From positions 1-26,298 of the IMG/VR virus record IMGVR_UViG_3300042197_000111: a stretch of 26,298 nt of DNA; one strand, written 5' to 3'. How positions within the stretch are numbered: the first letter of the stretch is position 1; every line of letters begins with the position of its first letter. This document shows positions 24,641-26,298 of this stretch, piece after piece. The notes below the pieces were generated by a model. The model was not told the origin of the DNA and ran no database searches. It worked only from the letters and a program-made list of their open reading frames with translations. Both the position numbers and the translations under genes were made by a program. This DNA is from a virus (lineage: Duplodnaviria > Caudoviricetes).

Positions 24641-25666
24641 TCAGATCATTGCCATAGCCAACTTTGCAACCCGAACAGATTCATCTTGCGATGAACCCAA
24701 CAGGTTATTGTATGCACGATTTTGCCAACCAACCTTACGACCCTTTGTAGATACATTGTGTTGTAGATAGTTAGTGACTGAATTCACAGCCATCCAAGCA
24801 CTTGCAGGTGCTGATAGATTAGTTCTTTCTTCATCAAAAGTTTCTGACCACCGAGCAATCTTAGTTGTTGCATCCGTATAAACCTTGAACTCATCCTCTG
24901 TTTTTGGATTAGCTTGTATTGGATTAAGACTAAACAACTGCTCATAAACCTTCAGATAAAACTCCCTGATGTTTGCTTGAGTCCACTCAGTAGAAGACAG
25001 GGTTGCAACAGTTTCTTCAAACATCTTACCAGTTTTGGCAAACATTTTCAAAGCAGTTGACATTGCTTCTTTCTTGTGTTCAATGTTTCCTGTATGGGTA
25101 AATCGAATCATGTTCTTCTTGTTAGTATTAAGTGCCATCCTTAGTGTGTTCGCACAAACAATACGAACACTGGTTGGTAATCCACTTAGTGCTAAAGTAC
25201 CATCATGTGATGACAGCAAAGCAAGATACTGGGTAATAGAATCATTAGTTGAATTACTTGGAGCAAAGGTATCGCCTTGGATAAGACAGATAATCTTCTT
25301 ACCGCCCTGTAAAGACAAGGCAGACTCAACCTTTACATTATCACCCAATGAATACGCTAGATCAAACACCTCGTGATTCTGCACAACCTGATATTCAGGG
25401 GATTGTACTGAAAGGATTGTGTTGTTGTCATTACGAACCACAGCACAAAAGTTATCTGAATAACTCTTGTAACCTTCATCTGATGTGCCATCATTGCAAG
25501 GCAGCGTTGCAAAAATACCAGCAGACTTAGTTACAGTCCAGTCTAAACCAGAAATCTTAAGTGCTTCAGTTGGACTAGGTGCATTTTCTACCACATAACC
25601 TAGACCATGCCATGCTTTTTCTTTTGTAAACATAGCACCATCCGATGCAGTAATTTCATGAGCCAT
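24641..25666 (-). CDS. DUF932/DUF945-like phage/plasmid protein (TIGR03299 type)
   Basis: AWHGLG, GLDWTV, YQVVQN, SHDGT, TSVRIVCANTL, HTG and W...N.VT.YL.H. SD AGGAG. Confidence 0.85.
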   Translation of the reverse strand: MAHEITASDGAMFTKEKAWHGLGYVVENAPSPTEALKISGLDWTVTKSAGIFATLPCNDGTSDEGYKSYSDNFCAVVRNDNNTILSVQSPEYQVVQNHEVFDLAYSLGDNVKVESALSLQGGKKIICLIQGDTFAPSNSTNDSITQYLALLSSHDGTLALSGLPTSVRIVCANTLRMALNTNKKNMIRFTHTGNIEHKKEAMSTALKMFAKTGKMFEETVATLSSTEWTQANIREFYLKVYEQLFSLNPIQANPKTEDEFKVYTDATTKIARWSETFDEERTNLSAPASAWMAVNSVTNYLQHNVSTKGRKVGWQNRAYNNLLGSSQDESVRVAKLAMAMI

Positions 25667-25722
25667 ATTATTCTCCTAAAGAAATAATAAACCGAACAAC
25701 AATACCAACAATGATATTGCAA

Positions 25723-25795
25723 TAGGCTGGGTGGGAGTCGAACCCACACTTTGTAGATTTTAAATCTACTGTCTCTGCCTTTGGACTACCAGCCC
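25723..25795 (-). tRNA. tRNA-Leu (anticodon UAA), short variable loop, no encoded CCA
   Basis: GGGCTGG-TA-GTC-CAAAGGCAGA-GAC-A-GTAGA-TTTAAAA-TCTAC-AAAGT-GTGGG-TTCGACT-CCCAC-CCAGCCT-A. Complete cloverleaf with a G1:U72 pair, TTCGA T-loop and discriminator A. Confidence 0.93.
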
Positions 25796-25799
25796 TACC

Positions 25800-25979
25800 T
25801 TACTTCACATCCTTATAACGACTGCTAATAGACAGCGTTGTTGGAAAGTGTTTGGATAATCTATGTGCAGTTTGTCTGATATACCTAGGTACTCTGGGTG
25901 TTTTCTTTGGTTGCAATAAGTTAAATAGAAACTGTCTAGTTGCATTCAAAGAATTTACTTCTTCATTCGGCATCGTCAT
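25800..25979 (-). CDS. Conserved phage hypothetical protein (L..PKKTPRVP..IR..A..L.KH.P type)
   Basis: Likely start MTMPNEE at 25979 behind SD GGAG. I recall the motif from small phage proteins. Confidence 0.7.
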   Translation of the reverse strand: MTMPNEEVNSLNATRQFLFNLLQPKKTPRVPRYIRQTAHRLSKHFPTTLSISSRYKDVK

Positions 25980-26199
25980 CATCATTCTCCCAAGGTAAAT
26001 CAACATTAGAAAGATGTGAACCAACAATGTTTTCTTTATCCTCAACCCAAAGCATAAAGGTTTTTACATCTGGTATTGATGAGTTGATATTACAACACTC
26101 AATCCAATCTAACCAGTAGTTAAGAGTTGTTAAAGGAAACAAATAGGGCATAGCTGATTCATTACTATTAATTTCCTTTCGTAATTCATAAACAGTCAT
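25963..26199 (-). CDS. Hypothetical protein (acidic C-terminus)
   Basis: 78 aa, SD AAGGAG, ATGA overlap with the upstream ORF. Confidence 0.65.
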   Translation of the reverse strand: MTVYELRKEINSNESAMPYLFPLTTLNYWLDWIECCNINSSIPDVKTFMLWVEDKENIVGSHLSNVDLPWENDDDDAE

Positions 26200-26298
26200 T
26201 TGTTATTTTCTCCTTCTGAGCATAGAAATTTTACAAGAGATCTGAAGATATCAAGATTTTCTTTATGTTCTTTTACTATATACTGCAATCGTTTAATT
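26196..26298 (-). CDS. 3' end of a hypothetical gene entering from the right edge
   Basis: Open frame ...IKRLQYIVKEHKENLDIFRSLVKFLCSEGENNK* ends in an ATGA overlap with the next gene. Confidence 0.5.
   Translation of the reverse strand, partial: IKRLQYIVKEHKENLDIFRSLVKFLCSEGENNK

Noticed and set aside
962-25530. All plus-strand ORFs in the track (e.g. 962-1249, 4291-4620, 9401-9721, 12579-13013, 25035-25376)
   Set aside because: They lie antisense to well-supported minus-strand genes and show no recognisable motifs. They are shadow ORFs in a unidirectional genome.
25700-25719. 8-bp hairpin CAATATCA-TTGT-TGGTATTG after the tRNA as a terminator
   Set aside because: The stem is weak and AU-rich with an interrupted U-tract. 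It may be a processing trailer but cannot be supported.
25753-25769. Reading the tRNA as an ochre suppressor (TTA) or as a sign of stop-codon recoding
   Set aside because: The 5-bp stem fixes a 7-nt loop TT-TAA-AA with anticodon TAA. Genes are intact in the standard code and end in TAA, TGA and TAG.
1-26298. CRISPR array, integrase/att site, intron, intein or homing endonuclease
   Set aside because: No regularly spaced repeats, no recombinase motifs, and the polymerase, RNR, helicase and RNAP frames are uninterrupted and of normal or short length.

Overview
About 26 kb from a T7-like (Autographiviridae-type) podophage genome. It is AT-rich, and every credible gene is on the minus strand, so it is transcribed from right to left. 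In transcription order: small early genes with a tRNA-Leu(UAA) and a DUF932-like gene; thyX coupled to a single-subunit RNA polymerase; metallophosphoesterase; SSB; a RusA resolvase in the slot T7 uses for endonuclease I; primase-helicase; a compact family A DNA polymerase; a nucleoside deoxyribosyltransferase-like protein; a permuted papain-like protein; dNMP kinase; 5'-3' exonuclease; dUTPase; and a class II ribonucleotide reductase. The virion module follows: portal, four small Lys/Cys-rich ORFs, scaffold, major capsid, a terminator, and tail tubular proteins A and B (B runs off the left edge). Main points read from the DNA: (1) a repeated motif TWAWAGTTGGGGCTAWA|GAA with T7/SP6 promoter geometry but a different specificity core, probably the cognate promoter of this RNAP; (2) a cassette of four very basic, Cys-containing mini-proteins between portal and scaffold; (3) a tRNA-Leu with no long variable arm; (4) several structured intergenic RNAs and small ORFs missing from the ORF track. 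Family assignments come from motif recognition only; no searches were run.
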